Of a DNA stretch of 64,000 bases, positions 14,888 to 26,589 are shown one piece after another (position 1 is the first letter of the stretch; every line of letters begins with the position of its first letter). Both the position numbers and the translations under genes were made by a program. The notes under the pieces are model-generated. The model was not told where the DNA came from. It did not search any database and was given only the letters and a program-made list of their open reading frames with translations. Source of the DNA: Octopus vulgaris (taxonomy: Eukaryota); assembly GCA_951406725.2 (NCBI GenBank), contig OX597820.1, positions 104,098,001-104,162,000 on the forward strand, read 5' to 3'.

Positions 14888-15260
14888 CTCTCTCTCACTC
14901 TTTCTCTTTCTTTCCCTTTCTCTCTCTTTTCTTCTATCTCTCTTTTCCTCCCTCCCTCCCTCTCTCTATCACTTTCTTTCTCACATTCTCTTTTCCTCCC
15001 TCTTTCTTTCCCGTCTCTTTCTTTCCCTCGCTCTTCTTCTCTGACCCCGTCCCTCTTACCCTTTCACTTTCCTTCTCTCTCTTCCCCTTCCTCTAACTCT
15101 TCCCTCTCTACCCCTCGCTACCATCTTTCTATTCCCTCTCCTCATCTTTTCCCTCTCTCCTCTTTCCTCTCCATTCTCTCTACCCTCTCTTCTTTTCCTG
15201 TCCCTCCTTCTTTCCCCTCTCTTATTCCTTCTTTTTTCTCACTTTTATCTCACTTTTTTA
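14835..15260. repeat. (CT)n and polypyrimidine low-complexity tract
   Basis: Directly visible in the last ADA2 intron. Confidence 0.9.
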
Positions 15261-15494
15261 TTGCGTTTGTATAACTTCTAATATATATCCAATACGTTAA
15301 CTATCAAGGACAACAAATTTCCAGAATTGGTAGTGTCGGTGAAAATGTCTTTTCGATCTAATGTCAAACCCCATTCGTTCTCTCTTCCGAATTTAATAAA
15401 TTATACTACAAGTGCTGAACTCCAGTAAATGCAAGTCTTTGTGTTTATGTAAGAAAGTAATATGCTATCAGCAATCCAATGGTTAATTTACATA

Positions 15495-16016
15495 CCGTGA
15501 ATCCTCGAGTATAATCCGCATTTTTTTCCCAAAATTTAAACGTCAAAATTCCTAGTGTGTACTATATACGAGGTTAAAAATGAAAAATATTTTCTAAGCA
15601 ATGTCCGAGACTCTATTTGCAGTCTGGCAATGTTTATTCAGATGCATTTTGTGATGTCGGGCGCGAAAATACCTTAAGCTAAGCCTGAAAGCAATGAAGT
15701 CATAAAAGAATCATCCATAACTTGCAGTAAGCAACATTTATTAAAATAAAAGTATTCAGAACATAGAATAACATGTAACAAAAACAATTTGCAAACATAT
15801 TTACATTCTCATATAACAGTTAAGAACATCACCATTATTGTATTACGCATGCGCGGAAGTGTTTGTTCGACTAGGTGCTGCTGGCTTAATTACGCACGAC
15901 TCAAGTTAGAGAAGGGGTGCGTATTATACACAAGGTTTAGGTTTTTCAGAAGTACAGCCCCCTAAAAATCCCCTGTGTATTATACTCTAGGGCGGACTAT
16001 ACTCGAGGATTTACGG
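15495..16016. mobile_element. Tc1/mariner-pogo type MITE
   Basis: TIRs ccgtgaatcctcgagtataatccgc / gcggactatactcgaggatttacgg, flanked by TA on both sides. Confidence 0.85.
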
Positions 16017-16038
16017 TATATTTTTTCTAATTGTCCAG

Positions 16039-16080
16039 GACACGTTCAGAAGCGTATTCAGAGAATCATTCAATAAGTAA
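16039..16080 (+). CDS. ADA2: Probable terminal coding exon of the ADA2-like gene (DTFRSVFRESFNK*)
   Basis: ttttttctaattgtccag| acceptor with a branch-like ctaat, phase 0 matches the 14811 donor, TAA at 16078-16080. No homology support. Confidence 0.55.
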   Translation, partial: DTFRSVFRESFNK

Positions 16081-16099
16081 TATATGTATCTGTCAATGA

Positions 16100-17790
16100 G
16101 CTAAACAATCGGCCAATCAACAAACCAGTATATGAACCAATCAAAGAATTAGCAGATCAACAAGCCAATGAGTTAAAAAGCCAACTAATTAACCAATCAA
16201 CAAACTAACCGACCCACCATTCAACTTGCTTATGTCCCAACCTATTATATAATCAAATAACCAATCAGAATATTACTAGCCAACGAACTAACTAGGGAAT
16301 GTACCAAATTATCAACCAAGCAACCAATTGATTTATATGCCAGTTAATGAACCTGTTAGACACGAACTCAAAATAGGTATCATCTAATGAACTAGCTAGC
16401 CAATTAGAGAACCAGTCAACCAATGTACAAGGCAACGAACCCTCAAATGTTAATATTCAATGGGCCAACCGGTCAACCAAAGTATATGGCACTCAAACAA
16501 ACTGACCGACCAACCAATCAATGGATCAATCTACCAATCAACCAATGTACACGCCAACCAACCAACGAATGTAACATCCAATAAACCAACCAAAATATCT
16601 ACTAGTCAATGAACGAACCAATCAACCAACTAACCAACTAACCAATGCATAAGCACCGCGTAACCAGCCAACAAATATAATATTTAATGAACTAATCAGA
16701 CAAACAATCAAAATATGTACCAGTGAACGAACTAAGCAACGAGCCGATCAACTAACCAATCAACCACCAACCTATATAACAACCAACCAATCAACCAACG
16801 AGCCAATCAACCAACCCACCAAATAACCAACCAACCAATCACCCATCCAGCCAATCAACCAACCAGCCAAACAGCCGATCAATCAACCAGTTAACCAACG
16901 AAACAAACGGACAATCAACCAAACAACTGTATCATCTAATGAACCATCCAACACGTGTAATAGTCAATGAACTAACCAGCCAATTGACTAACCAATGTAC
17001 CAACCAACAAACCTATGTGCGAATAAACCAGACAACCTACCAAAATATGTACCAGTCAATATACTAATCAAACATCCATGCCCCCAGCCAACCAATCAAC
17101 CAGACAGTCAAATACATCGACCAATTACTGAACTAATTCATCATCAAAAATATCTACCAACCAACCAACTAACTAGCCGTCCCAGATATCGCCAAAGCAA
17201 CACATTAAGCAGTTAACCATACGACCAATCAACTATCAAACCAAACAATCAGGCAACAAATGAAGTAAAGAAGACTTCGAAGATAATGGATAAGATCAGT
17301 TGTGAAAAGTTTAACAAGGTTAACAACTCTTTCGTCTTCAATTCTCTGTTGAAAATTAAGGGATCAAAATATCGGATAGCACTTCGTAAAATATCGATAA
17401 GTTTGGTTACAGTAAAGTAGTCAAACATCGATATTCTTGGAACTATTATTTTGACTATTTTTTGGTGATACAGACCATGACCAATCCCATAGGCAGTAAC
17501 CAACCAATAAGCCGATATACCGACCAATCTGTAAGCCAATCAATTAACCAATAAGCCGATATATCGATCAACCAGTAAACTAATCAATTAGACAACAAGC
17601 CGATAAATCGATCAATCAGTAAGTCAATCAAGTGTCAATCGACCAATAAGTGAACGAACAAGCCGGTGAACCGATCGATTGGTAAAACAAACAATTAAAC
17701 AAGCCAATAAATGAATAATCAGTAAACCAATCAGCTAACCAACAAGTCAACAAATCGATAATTTTGTAAATCAATCAATTAAACAACCGT
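16100..17790. repeat. Degenerate (AACC/AATC)n low-complexity array downstream of the ADA2 stop
   Basis: accaa/aacca/atcaa units over ~1.7 kb, interrupted at 17250-17475. Confidence 0.85.
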
Positions 17791-18611
17791 ACAAGAATTC
17801 TTAGAACAGAAAAAAAAACCTACCAATTTATCTCTCGACTAATTATCAATCAATCGCATTAAGGTTTTACCAGAAAATAAAATGTTTTAAAAATACTTAA
17901 GGATTTTTAGAGTATGTCTACCACGTGTTGCATTGTTAGTGTTTTTTTTACCATGGTCTCGAGCCAATCCAATCTTTGTGAGTTAAGTCAGGTAGACGGA
18001 AACTGTTCGGAAGTCCGTCGGATGGATTATACCAGTAATTTAGAAGTCAATCTTGTCTCGCTTGTTGTTAAGAGTACACGTGTCAGAGGAATACTCCGCC
18101 AAATACACATTATTTCGGTAAGTAGATAGCTCAGTCGGTCAAACAAGTACAGCCAAGTCGCAAACCGCTAGAAATCTATGAGCGCGCGCGTATGCGTATA
18201 TGTACGTGTATGTGTATATTTGTGAGTGTGTGCATGCATGTATGTGTATGTGTGAGTGTGTGTGCTATTAAAGGCACGGCATATAATCAATGAGTTAGAA
18301 ATCCAGCAATTCTATTGCACTCCAAAATACATGACGATGGTAGGAATGAGAAATGGTGTTATTATGCGGATAACTCAATGTTACAGGTGTTTATGCTATA
18401 ATGGTCATAGAGTAAGGATAAATAGTGTCTTGAAGGAACAGCTAATTTTTTAAATAATAACACAAAATTGATTTTACAATATCATGATGTAATTGTCACT
18501 GAAACACGAGTAAATATGTTATAGGTAAATCACTTCACGTTATATTCTGTCCTATACTATTTATATATGTACATATACACATACATACAAACATACACAT
18601 ACATACTTTTT

Positions 18612-18830
18612 TACCCTTTTACTTGTTTCAGTCATTTGACTGTGGCCATGCTTGAGCACCGCCTTTAGTCGAGGAAATCGACCCCACGACTTATTCTTTG
18701 TAAGCCTAGTACTTATTCTATCGGTCTCTTTTGCCGAACCGCTAAGTTACGGGGACGTTAACACACCAACATCGGTTGTCAAGCGATGTTGAGGGGAGAA
18801 TCACAGACACACAAACGTATACACACACAA

Positions 18831-18905
<75 letters not shown>

Positions 18906-19056
18906 TACGACTGGTTTCTTTCAGTTTCCGTCACAAGGGTTTGGTCGGCTCAAGGCTATAGTAGAAGACACATGCCCAAGGTGCCACGTAGTGGGACTGA
19001 ACCCGGAACCCTGTGGTTGGTAAGCAAGCTACTTACCACACAACCACTCCTGCGCC
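18612..19056 (-). mobile_element. tRNA-derived SINE family B with internal (TA)n
   Basis: Head ggcgcaggagtggttgtgtggtaag..ggttcagtccc; reverse complement of 38292-38665. Other copies near 14018, 14243, 25220, 44012 and 55620(-). Confidence 0.85.
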
Positions 19057-19118
19057 TATGTATTTTTGCTGGCACAAGAGGTTTAAGGACGGTAGAGAGG
19101 AAATTATGAGAGGTGTAG

Positions 19119-19175
<57 letters not shown>

Positions 19176-19179
19176 GTCA

Positions 19180-19678
19180 GAATATCAGAACTGGTTGAAA
19201 AAATTCGCAATTTTCTGAATGAAGATTGTCATATGCCTATAAAGAACAATTAGCATACAGCCTGGAGTCGGTGTGGTAACAGTACACAGAATTACTCCTG
19301 AAGATCTGAACATGTGCAAAAATCTATGCAAATTTGTTTACATGGTCCTAAATGACGAGTTTCTGTGTAACCAACTATTTGACAGAGTAAGGCATCAAAA
19401 CTGTCCCTCAATCTTCCTACAGCCCAGACCTTGCTCCCTGTGACTTTTAATTGTTCCCCAGGTTGAAGGAGAACCTCAGAGGCAGTTGTTTTGAAGATGA
19501 AAGAGGTTGTGACAAGGGTCCTGGACATCTTCACTTTGGGGGGCTTCCACGGAGCTGTCATGGAGTGACTGGAGCGCTACAAGAAGAGCATTGAAATCAG
19601 AGGATTTTATTCCGAAGGAGATTAAAGTAATCTACTTTTCCCCTGAAAAAATCTGAAAATTTCTGGATGCACTTTGTA
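19180..19678 (+). mobile_element. Degenerate mariner transposase fragment and right end
   Basis: Around 19400-19500 reads SYSPDLAPCDF*LFPRLKENLRG, the mariner YSPDLAP motif. Confidence 0.75.
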
Positions 19679-20370
19679 TGCATGTATATGTGTATATATG
19701 AGTGTATGTGTGCTTTAGTGTGTGTGTTCCTGCTTCCTTGTCTTGACTTAGCACGCTTAGTGTAAACGGATGTCAGCCTCATACAAGTGCTGTTGTTCAT
19801 TTACTATCTTTGGTGAAATTATCACTGGCCATTGTACCGTTTGTGTTTGAAAGACCAAGTTAAATATTTTCTACTTGGAAACAGGTGAGTGCACGGGACA
19901 GGAAGCGCATCCAGCCGTGGAGATTCTGATCCAATGAATTTTATCTGACATGCGAGACCTTATGTTGTTGTTGTTATAATTATCTTATCATCTAGTAATG
20001 TCGCCACCGTTTTTCATTTTTGATACATTTGTCTAAGCATATTAACTTCGTATGCTTGTGTTAAAATACAGTGTTTGACGCTCACATGTCTTTACACAAT
20101 TTTTGAAAGAGATGATTGTTTCTTCAGGATACAGCTTTAATAAAGTTGACCACTTTAATATTCACGACAAAGAATTCATCAGGAAAAGTTCTGGGTGCAA
20201 GTGCTTCACGATGAAGAATGAAGAGTGTATTTTCGACTGTACAGACCTCTACAAACGAGTCTCATGCAAACTAATTTTCCTAGAAAAGAATTGTAGCTGC
20301 CTGGAAATTTTGTAAAACGCTTTACGGAATTACAAAATTGTCTTTCAGCTTTATGATTATTGTTTAGTGA

Positions 20371-20690
20371 AGGCGCATGGCTTAGTCGTTTGGGGTATTC
20401 AGCTCACACTCGTAAGGTCGTCGGTTTGATACCTGGTGGCACTTTGTGTCCATGAGCCAGACACTTTATTTCTCGTTGATCCAGTCCACTCAGCTGGCAA
20501 AATTTCCTGTATTTCCAAGGGCCAACCTGGTCACATTCTGTGTCACGCTGAATCTGTCCGAGACTATGTTAAAGGTAGACGTGTCTGTGGAGCGCTCAGC
20601 CACTTGTACGTTAATTTTACGAGTAGGCTGTTCCGTTGGTCGAATCAGCTGGAACCCTAGTCGTCGTAACAGACGGTGTACCAGTTGGAC
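20371..20690 (+). mobile_element. tRNA-derived SINE family D (diverged)
   Basis: ggcgcatggcttagtcgtt A box and ggtttgatacc B box, followed by a non-tRNA body. Confidence 0.65.
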
Positions 20691-22174
20691 TATTGCCTAA
20701 AACGAACAAAGATTATTAGCTTCGAGCTCTGGGCGATATCAATGGTTTCATACAGTTAAATGGCAAACACAGGAGCAGCTCTTTTTTGATGTCGAGAAAC
20801 ATTTCGACAGTCCTGTCCTGGGCCGTGTTGTTTGACAGAGTAATGTGCGAAAGTGTATTTGCACAATCCTAACCAAAAACTAGTTCCGATGCTGGCAATA
20901 AACTCGGCTAGATGAGAGTCACTCCTGTATCATAACTTACATTAGGGTTCCTTGCAATCAACAAGATCAGTTCATAATATACTTCGGCAAAGGCAGTGAG
21001 CTGGTAAAATCGCCAGAGTGCTGGGAAAATGCTTTGCTGTATTTTTTCCGGCTCTTTACATTCTGAGTTCAGATCTAGTTGAAGTCAACCTTGCCTTTCA
21101 TCTTCAGTGGGTGGTAGAGGCAATGAAATAAAGCATTGACGTGGGGATTAGAAACCTAACCTCTAGTTAACCGGTCGGATACCACGAGCGAACCTCTATA
21201 GTTTCATGTGATCAGTCTCTTAAGCAAACAATCAGCGTGAAAATGTTGTTTTCTAGGCTGTTCTTGTATCCTATAAAAAGCAGTTTTGGTGCCTGAAGTC
21301 TTTGCAGAGTGTTGAAAGGCGGTTGAGCGATATTTTCCTCTACTCTTGCCATCTGAGGGTTCCAGACATTTTTACAGAAGGCCAACGCAGACGCCCTAAG
21401 ACAGACAGCTAAGGACCTCTGTTGCCACGGAGATTTGCACCGTGTAATTCGTATATTTTGACCCGACTGCATATTACCACACAGATAGCTTTCTGTAATT
21501 TCAGAACGATTGTCTCTCCCCCAGTACGTAATTATTAATATTGTTAATTGTAAATGGCCAACAACAAATACCCTTGTGTCTGTTAAATAAATATTTCATA
21601 ATAAATAAATATTTCAGTTAAATGTTCGTAGGTTTTGCTTTCGTTATTATTCACGCAGCCAACGAAATATATTTTCGTTTTACCAACCCCAAACAACAAA
21701 TGTAACGTTATCAATCAAGTGGTGGAATTGTTGTACTGACTAGCTTCCTTCCCGCAATATTTCAGACTTTGTGCTTGTACATGAAACAATACTGCAACAA
21801 GTTTTGATGAAATAATCAACTTCTGTCCATCTCAGTAACGTCTAAATGAAGGCACTTTCGATTAAAAGAATTCATTAGTTTTACCAGTTAAAGCAGGATG
21901 TCAGCTGACGTTCTGTGTGAATGGAGTCGCATTACATCATTGCTCAGAGTCTTATGAATTATTACGCATCGGAGTGCTTCTACATCAGGTTTCTAGTGCA
22001 ATACAGATACAAACCGAATATAATTTTCAAGATAATTTCTTTCATTTGCACTTGTTTAGATTAATTTTTTATAAAATTGGTACGGAAAACCTAGGGAAAT
22101 GGTTATGGGTGAACATATAGAATAAATAAAATTTTGAAACGCATACCACAAAAGATTGGGATGTGCTTGCTTAA

Positions 22175-22705
22175 AGAACCATCCAGAAGGATAGATATAT
22201 CATTGAGAATAGATTTAGCTGGTGGTCTTCTTATTTTTATTCTAGCTTTTGGTGAAGCAGAAGAGGTTAGAAAGGGTCAAGTTGTGAAAACAATATTTCG
22301 GCCTAGCTAAAGGCATCTGGAAAATGTAAACCTGCTGTCAGAGGAAAACCATTGTTCCACCATGGGAACAGTTCTGTTAGTTTAAATTTCGCTATGGTGG
22401 ATCGAATCCACTTCATGAATGCAAGATTCACTACATATATATATATATGCATAACTACAGATTCCTGCAACACCCCGATTTTGGGTGATCATAATTTTCA
22501 GAAAAATAGATATTTTCAAATGAAATTTTCTACGAATATGTGTTATATCATGTAGATTCCGAATATAGAAAACTTATTGGGTGGGAAATTTCGGAAAGTT
22601 CACCGGCGTCCACTTCAATTCGTCTTAACTTTCAAGAAAATAGCAATTTTTTAATGAAATTTTCTACAAATATACTTCGGACTATGTAGAACTTTTTTAA
22701 TTACA

Positions 22706-22738
<33 letters not shown>

Positions 22739-23515
22739 GTATGTGTGTGTGCGTGCGTGCGTGCGTGCGCGTGTGTGTGTGTGTGTGTGCGTGCGTGTGT
22801 GTGTGTGAGAGTGAAAGCGGGGGAGACTAGAAATCTACGGATGCACAAACGCACAAAACGGAGAAAATGAAACAAATATGGACGACTTGTTCCAAAACAC
22901 CCCCGAGTGGGGAACGGTCCTCAAAAGTAACCGGCAATGGTTTTCCAAACAAATTCCTATGTTCTCGGAATCTACATAGTCCGAGGTATATTTGTAAAAA
23001 AATTCATTAAAAAATTGCTATTTTCTTGAAAGTTAAGACGAATTGAAGTGGACGCCGGTGAACTTTCCGAAATTCCCCCCACCCCCACCCCTCCTAAAAT
23101 ACTTTACCCTATAAGTTTTCTATATTCGGAATCTACATGATATAACACATATTCGTAGAAAATTTCATTTGAAAATATCTATTTTTCTGAAAATTATGAT
23201 CATCCAAAATCGGGGTGTTGCAGGAATCTGTAGTTTTGCATATATATATATATGTAGTGAATCTTGCATTCATGAAGTGGATTCGATCCACCGTAGCCAA
23301 ATTTAAACTAACAGAACTGTTCCCATGGTGGAACAATGGTTTTCCTCTGACAGCAGTTTTACATTTTCCAGATGCCTTTAGCTAGGCCGAAATAATGTTT
23401 TCACTACTTGACCCTTTCTAACCTCTTCTGCTTCACCAAAAGCTAGAATAAAGATAAGATGACCACCAACTAAATCTATTGTTCTCAATGATATATCTAT
23501 CCTGGATACCTCTTT
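22175..23515. mobile_element. Foldback element with ~500-bp inverted arms
   Basis: 22187-22690 is the near reverse complement of 22970-23505; mirror ORFs 22352-22555(+) and 23133-23336(-). The spacer contains (GT)n. Confidence 0.9.
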
Positions 23516-23558
23516 TGTGTTTAAACGTACATGCATTTATATAATATATATATATATA

Positions 23559-23858
23559 CTAGCAGTATCGCCCGGCGTTGCTCGGGTTTGTAAGGGAAAT
23601 AACTATATAAGCATTTATAGAGAGTTACTTCCCTTATATTAACCGAGCGAAAATGCATTAAAAATGCGGAAAAATTATGGTAAATTTTCTTTTTAATCGT
23701 AGACTCATCGTAGACGCGCGCTAATACCCAAAAGGGCTCGATATGAATCACGACTATAAGATACCCGCTTTTGGTTTAACTGCACCGCAAAATGTGGGAG
23801 TAGTTAGGAATCTAAATCGTAGGAGACAGACACACAACTTCACTTTTATATATAAAGA
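23559..23858 (-). mobile_element. Non-autonomous Helitron
   Basis: Minus strand begins A|TC and ends with hairpin CCCGagcaacgcCGGG then CTAG|T; no TSD. Confidence 0.8.
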
Positions 23859-24112
23859 TATATATACATTGGCCTGCTCGCTTAGCCAGCGGTGTGGCGT
23901 CATTTGAAGGCTAAAACAATGCGAAACGCATTGTGACCAGCGATGTGGAGCAACATCTGATAGCCTGGTCGGTCACGGTGATATATATATACATGTGCGT
24001 ATACGCTCCCGTCCCCAGGTATTACTGTCGTGAGACTCAAGACTCACGGGGCCTTTTATTCGGTTCCCATACGATATAAGTAACCGAAATCATAACATTT
24101 CACCAGTATGGG

Positions 24113-24647
24113 ACGCGACATTTTTCCCACGAGAGTTCCAGACCCCAGTTATGAATTCATTTGCATATAACCAATCAGAGCTCAACTACCAAACTAATTT
24201 ATGAGCGTATAAGTGATAAGGTCACTTGGATAAGGAAATGACCATGCTTCTTTTCCCTTTTAAGAATGCTTGTCGTTCTTGTTCCTGTTTCAACCTTGGC
24301 TGCCCCTGCGTAGTTATTTGTGTTGTTGTTTATTTTGTAAAGTAGTAAGGGGAGAGGGTTGCTAGCACATCACCCTCTGCCCACATTTTTCCCATCCACA
24401 TCTTTACCACATGGGGCCCTAACAAAATCCGATAATAGGCATAGATGCAAACCTATCTTATTGCAAGTCTCCTTCTAAAATCAGGCATAACCTGACGATC
24501 GGTTGATTTACAACACCGTTCTTCGTCTTCAGTTTACTTGGTAGTGTGTTTGTTAGCTTGACAGCAAGGTCAAGGTGAGCTCTGATTGGCTGTATGCAAA
24601 TGAGTTCGTTACTGGGGTCCGGAACTCTCGTGGGAAAAAATCCGCGT
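24113..24647. mobile_element. MITE-like element with ~72-bp TIRs carrying octamer and CCAAT motifs
   Basis: 24113-24184 is inverted at 24576-24647; each arm has ATTTGCAT/ATGCAAAT and CCAATCAG. Confidence 0.7.
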
Positions 24648-24705
24648 ACGAGAATCGAAAGTACGATCTACATATGTACGTATATGAATGTGAGTATGAA
24701 TACAT

Positions 24706-25150
24706 GGATCTTTTCGGTTTGACCGGCATTTTTTTTTTAATAATTTCCACGTAACTAAACACTTTTAAACTTCGTATACTGGTAGAATGTGTTTATAAAA
24801 CATCTTTTTGTCTTGGCTTTATTGAGAAAACTCTATGGTTTGTAAGGTATTTGTTGTTATTTTTCTTCAATTTCTGCAATTTCAACCAATCTATGACGTC
24901 TATTGAGGTGAAAACATTATGTGCCGTATGCATATGTCCCTCGTTTAAGAAACAGATTGGGTTTATTTACATTTGTGAAGAAAAAAAAGATACCCTTCCC
25001 CCCACACCTAACCCTAACCCTGACTAACCTTAACTAACCCTAACCCTAAAACAGATTGAAATGTAATAGATCGATACTAGGGTCATAATTATGGGTGACA
25101 ATTTCATATGACACCGCTAGAAAAAACTGCCGTTCACACCGAAAAGATCC
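24706..25150 (+). mobile_element. GGATCTTTTC-TIR MITE (Merlin-like) with internal (CCCTAA)n
   Basis: TIRs ggatcttttcggtttgaccggca / tgccgttcacaccgaaaagatcc; 8-bp TSD gaatacat; telomere-like repeats at 25007-25048. Confidence 0.85.
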
Positions 25151-25156
25151 GAATAC

Positions 25157-25187
<31 letters not shown>

Positions 25188-25376
25188 CACACACGCACGC
25201 GCAATACACACATCTATAAGCGCAGGTATGGGTGTGTAGTAAGGTTTTCTTCCCAACCACATGATACCGGGTTCAGTCCCATACGTGATACCTGGGACAA
25301 GTGCCTTCCACTATAATCTCAGTCCAACCAAAGCCTTGTAAACGGATTTGTTAGACGGAAACTGAAAGAAGCTCGT

Positions 25377-25421
<45 letters not shown>

Positions 25422-25845
25422 ATGTGTCATTTGTCCCCCATCACCGCTTGACAACCAGTGTTGGTATGTTTACATCCCCGTAACCTAGCTGTTCGGCAAA
25501 AGAGATCCGACAGAATAAGTGCCAGTCTTTAGAAAAAATGTACTGAGGTCGATTTATTTGATTAAAATTCTTCGAGGCGGTGCCCCAGCATGGCCGCAGT
25601 CTAATGACTGAAACAACAGAAAGACAAAAAATATATGCATATGTATATAAATATTCTGTCATTGGAATTAGTGTTTCCATACATAAGCTCAGAAACAGTG
25701 GGGTGCAAGCGCACCCACTAAAATTTCCGTGGGGCAATGAAAACGCTTTGAACATCCTCCTAAAAAGCGAACGAGCGTATAAACATTTTTGGATTGATTT
25801 GATACATTAATTTTTCATTATTGGATTTATCTGATTTGATTAATG

Positions 25846-26373
25846 GGATCTTTTCCTTTTGAACGGCAGATGTCAACACAATTTCTAGTTAACTAAACAC
25901 TTTTAAACTTCGTATACTGGTAGAATGTGTTTATAAAGCATCATTTTCTCTTAGTTTTATTGAGAAAATTCTATAGTTTGTAAGATATTTCGTCTGAAAA
26001 TTTGAGCATTTCGGCAATTTTAACCAATCGATTACCTCCATTCAACTAAAATCATTTGCTGCGTCTAAAACTGAGACAACATCCTGTAACTAACCCTAAA
26101 CCTCCCCTCTAACCCTAACCCTAATTTTTTCTTTCTTAATTGTTAAATTAATTTAATTCCATTGCTTTAGTTTTTTTTACACGCGTAACAATTAAATTAA
26201 TTTAACAATTAAGAAGAAAAAATTAGGGTTAGGGTTAGTTACAGGATGTTGTCTCAGTTTTCTCAAGAAAGCCAAGAGAAAAAATGTTTTATTTTGACAC
26301 ATTCTACCAGTATACGAAGTTTTAAAGTGTTTAGTTAACTAGAACTTGTCTGCCGTTCAAAAGGAAAAGATCC
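25846..26373. mobile_element. Related GGATCTTTTC-TIR palindromic MITE
   Basis: TIRs ggatcttttccttttgaacggcaga / tctgccgttcaaaaggaaaagatcc; internal CCCTAA and TTAGGG arms; flanked by the 20-bp direct repeat tttatctgatttgattaatg. Confidence 0.85.
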
Positions 26374-26589
26374 TTTATCTGATTTGATTAATGTACAAAT
26401 ATAATAATAATTATCATTATACCTGCGTTTGTTTTGATATTAAGACAGAAAAAAATCAGCCGCATTATTAAAAATTTTGAACCTGGGTTTGTACCTTCTA
26501 AGAAAATTTCGTTCTCTCGCCTCTGCTTCCATATTTAATGTGACAAATTCTATAACTATAATTAATAGATAAACTCTATAATTAATTGT

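Noticed and set aside
14812-15096. ADA2 read-through into SLSLS/FFPS tail as a transmembrane segment
   Set aside because: (CT)n low complexity after a plausible splice donor.
17252-17420. Alternative ADA2 terminal exon (ATNEVKKTSK...VTVK*) or the minus-strand 96-aa ORF
   Set aside because: Phase fits but there is no polypyrimidine tract and no homology.
22352-23336. Two near-identical 67-aa ORFs as duplicated genes
   Set aside because: Mirror images in the foldback arms, non-ATG starts, no recognisable domain.
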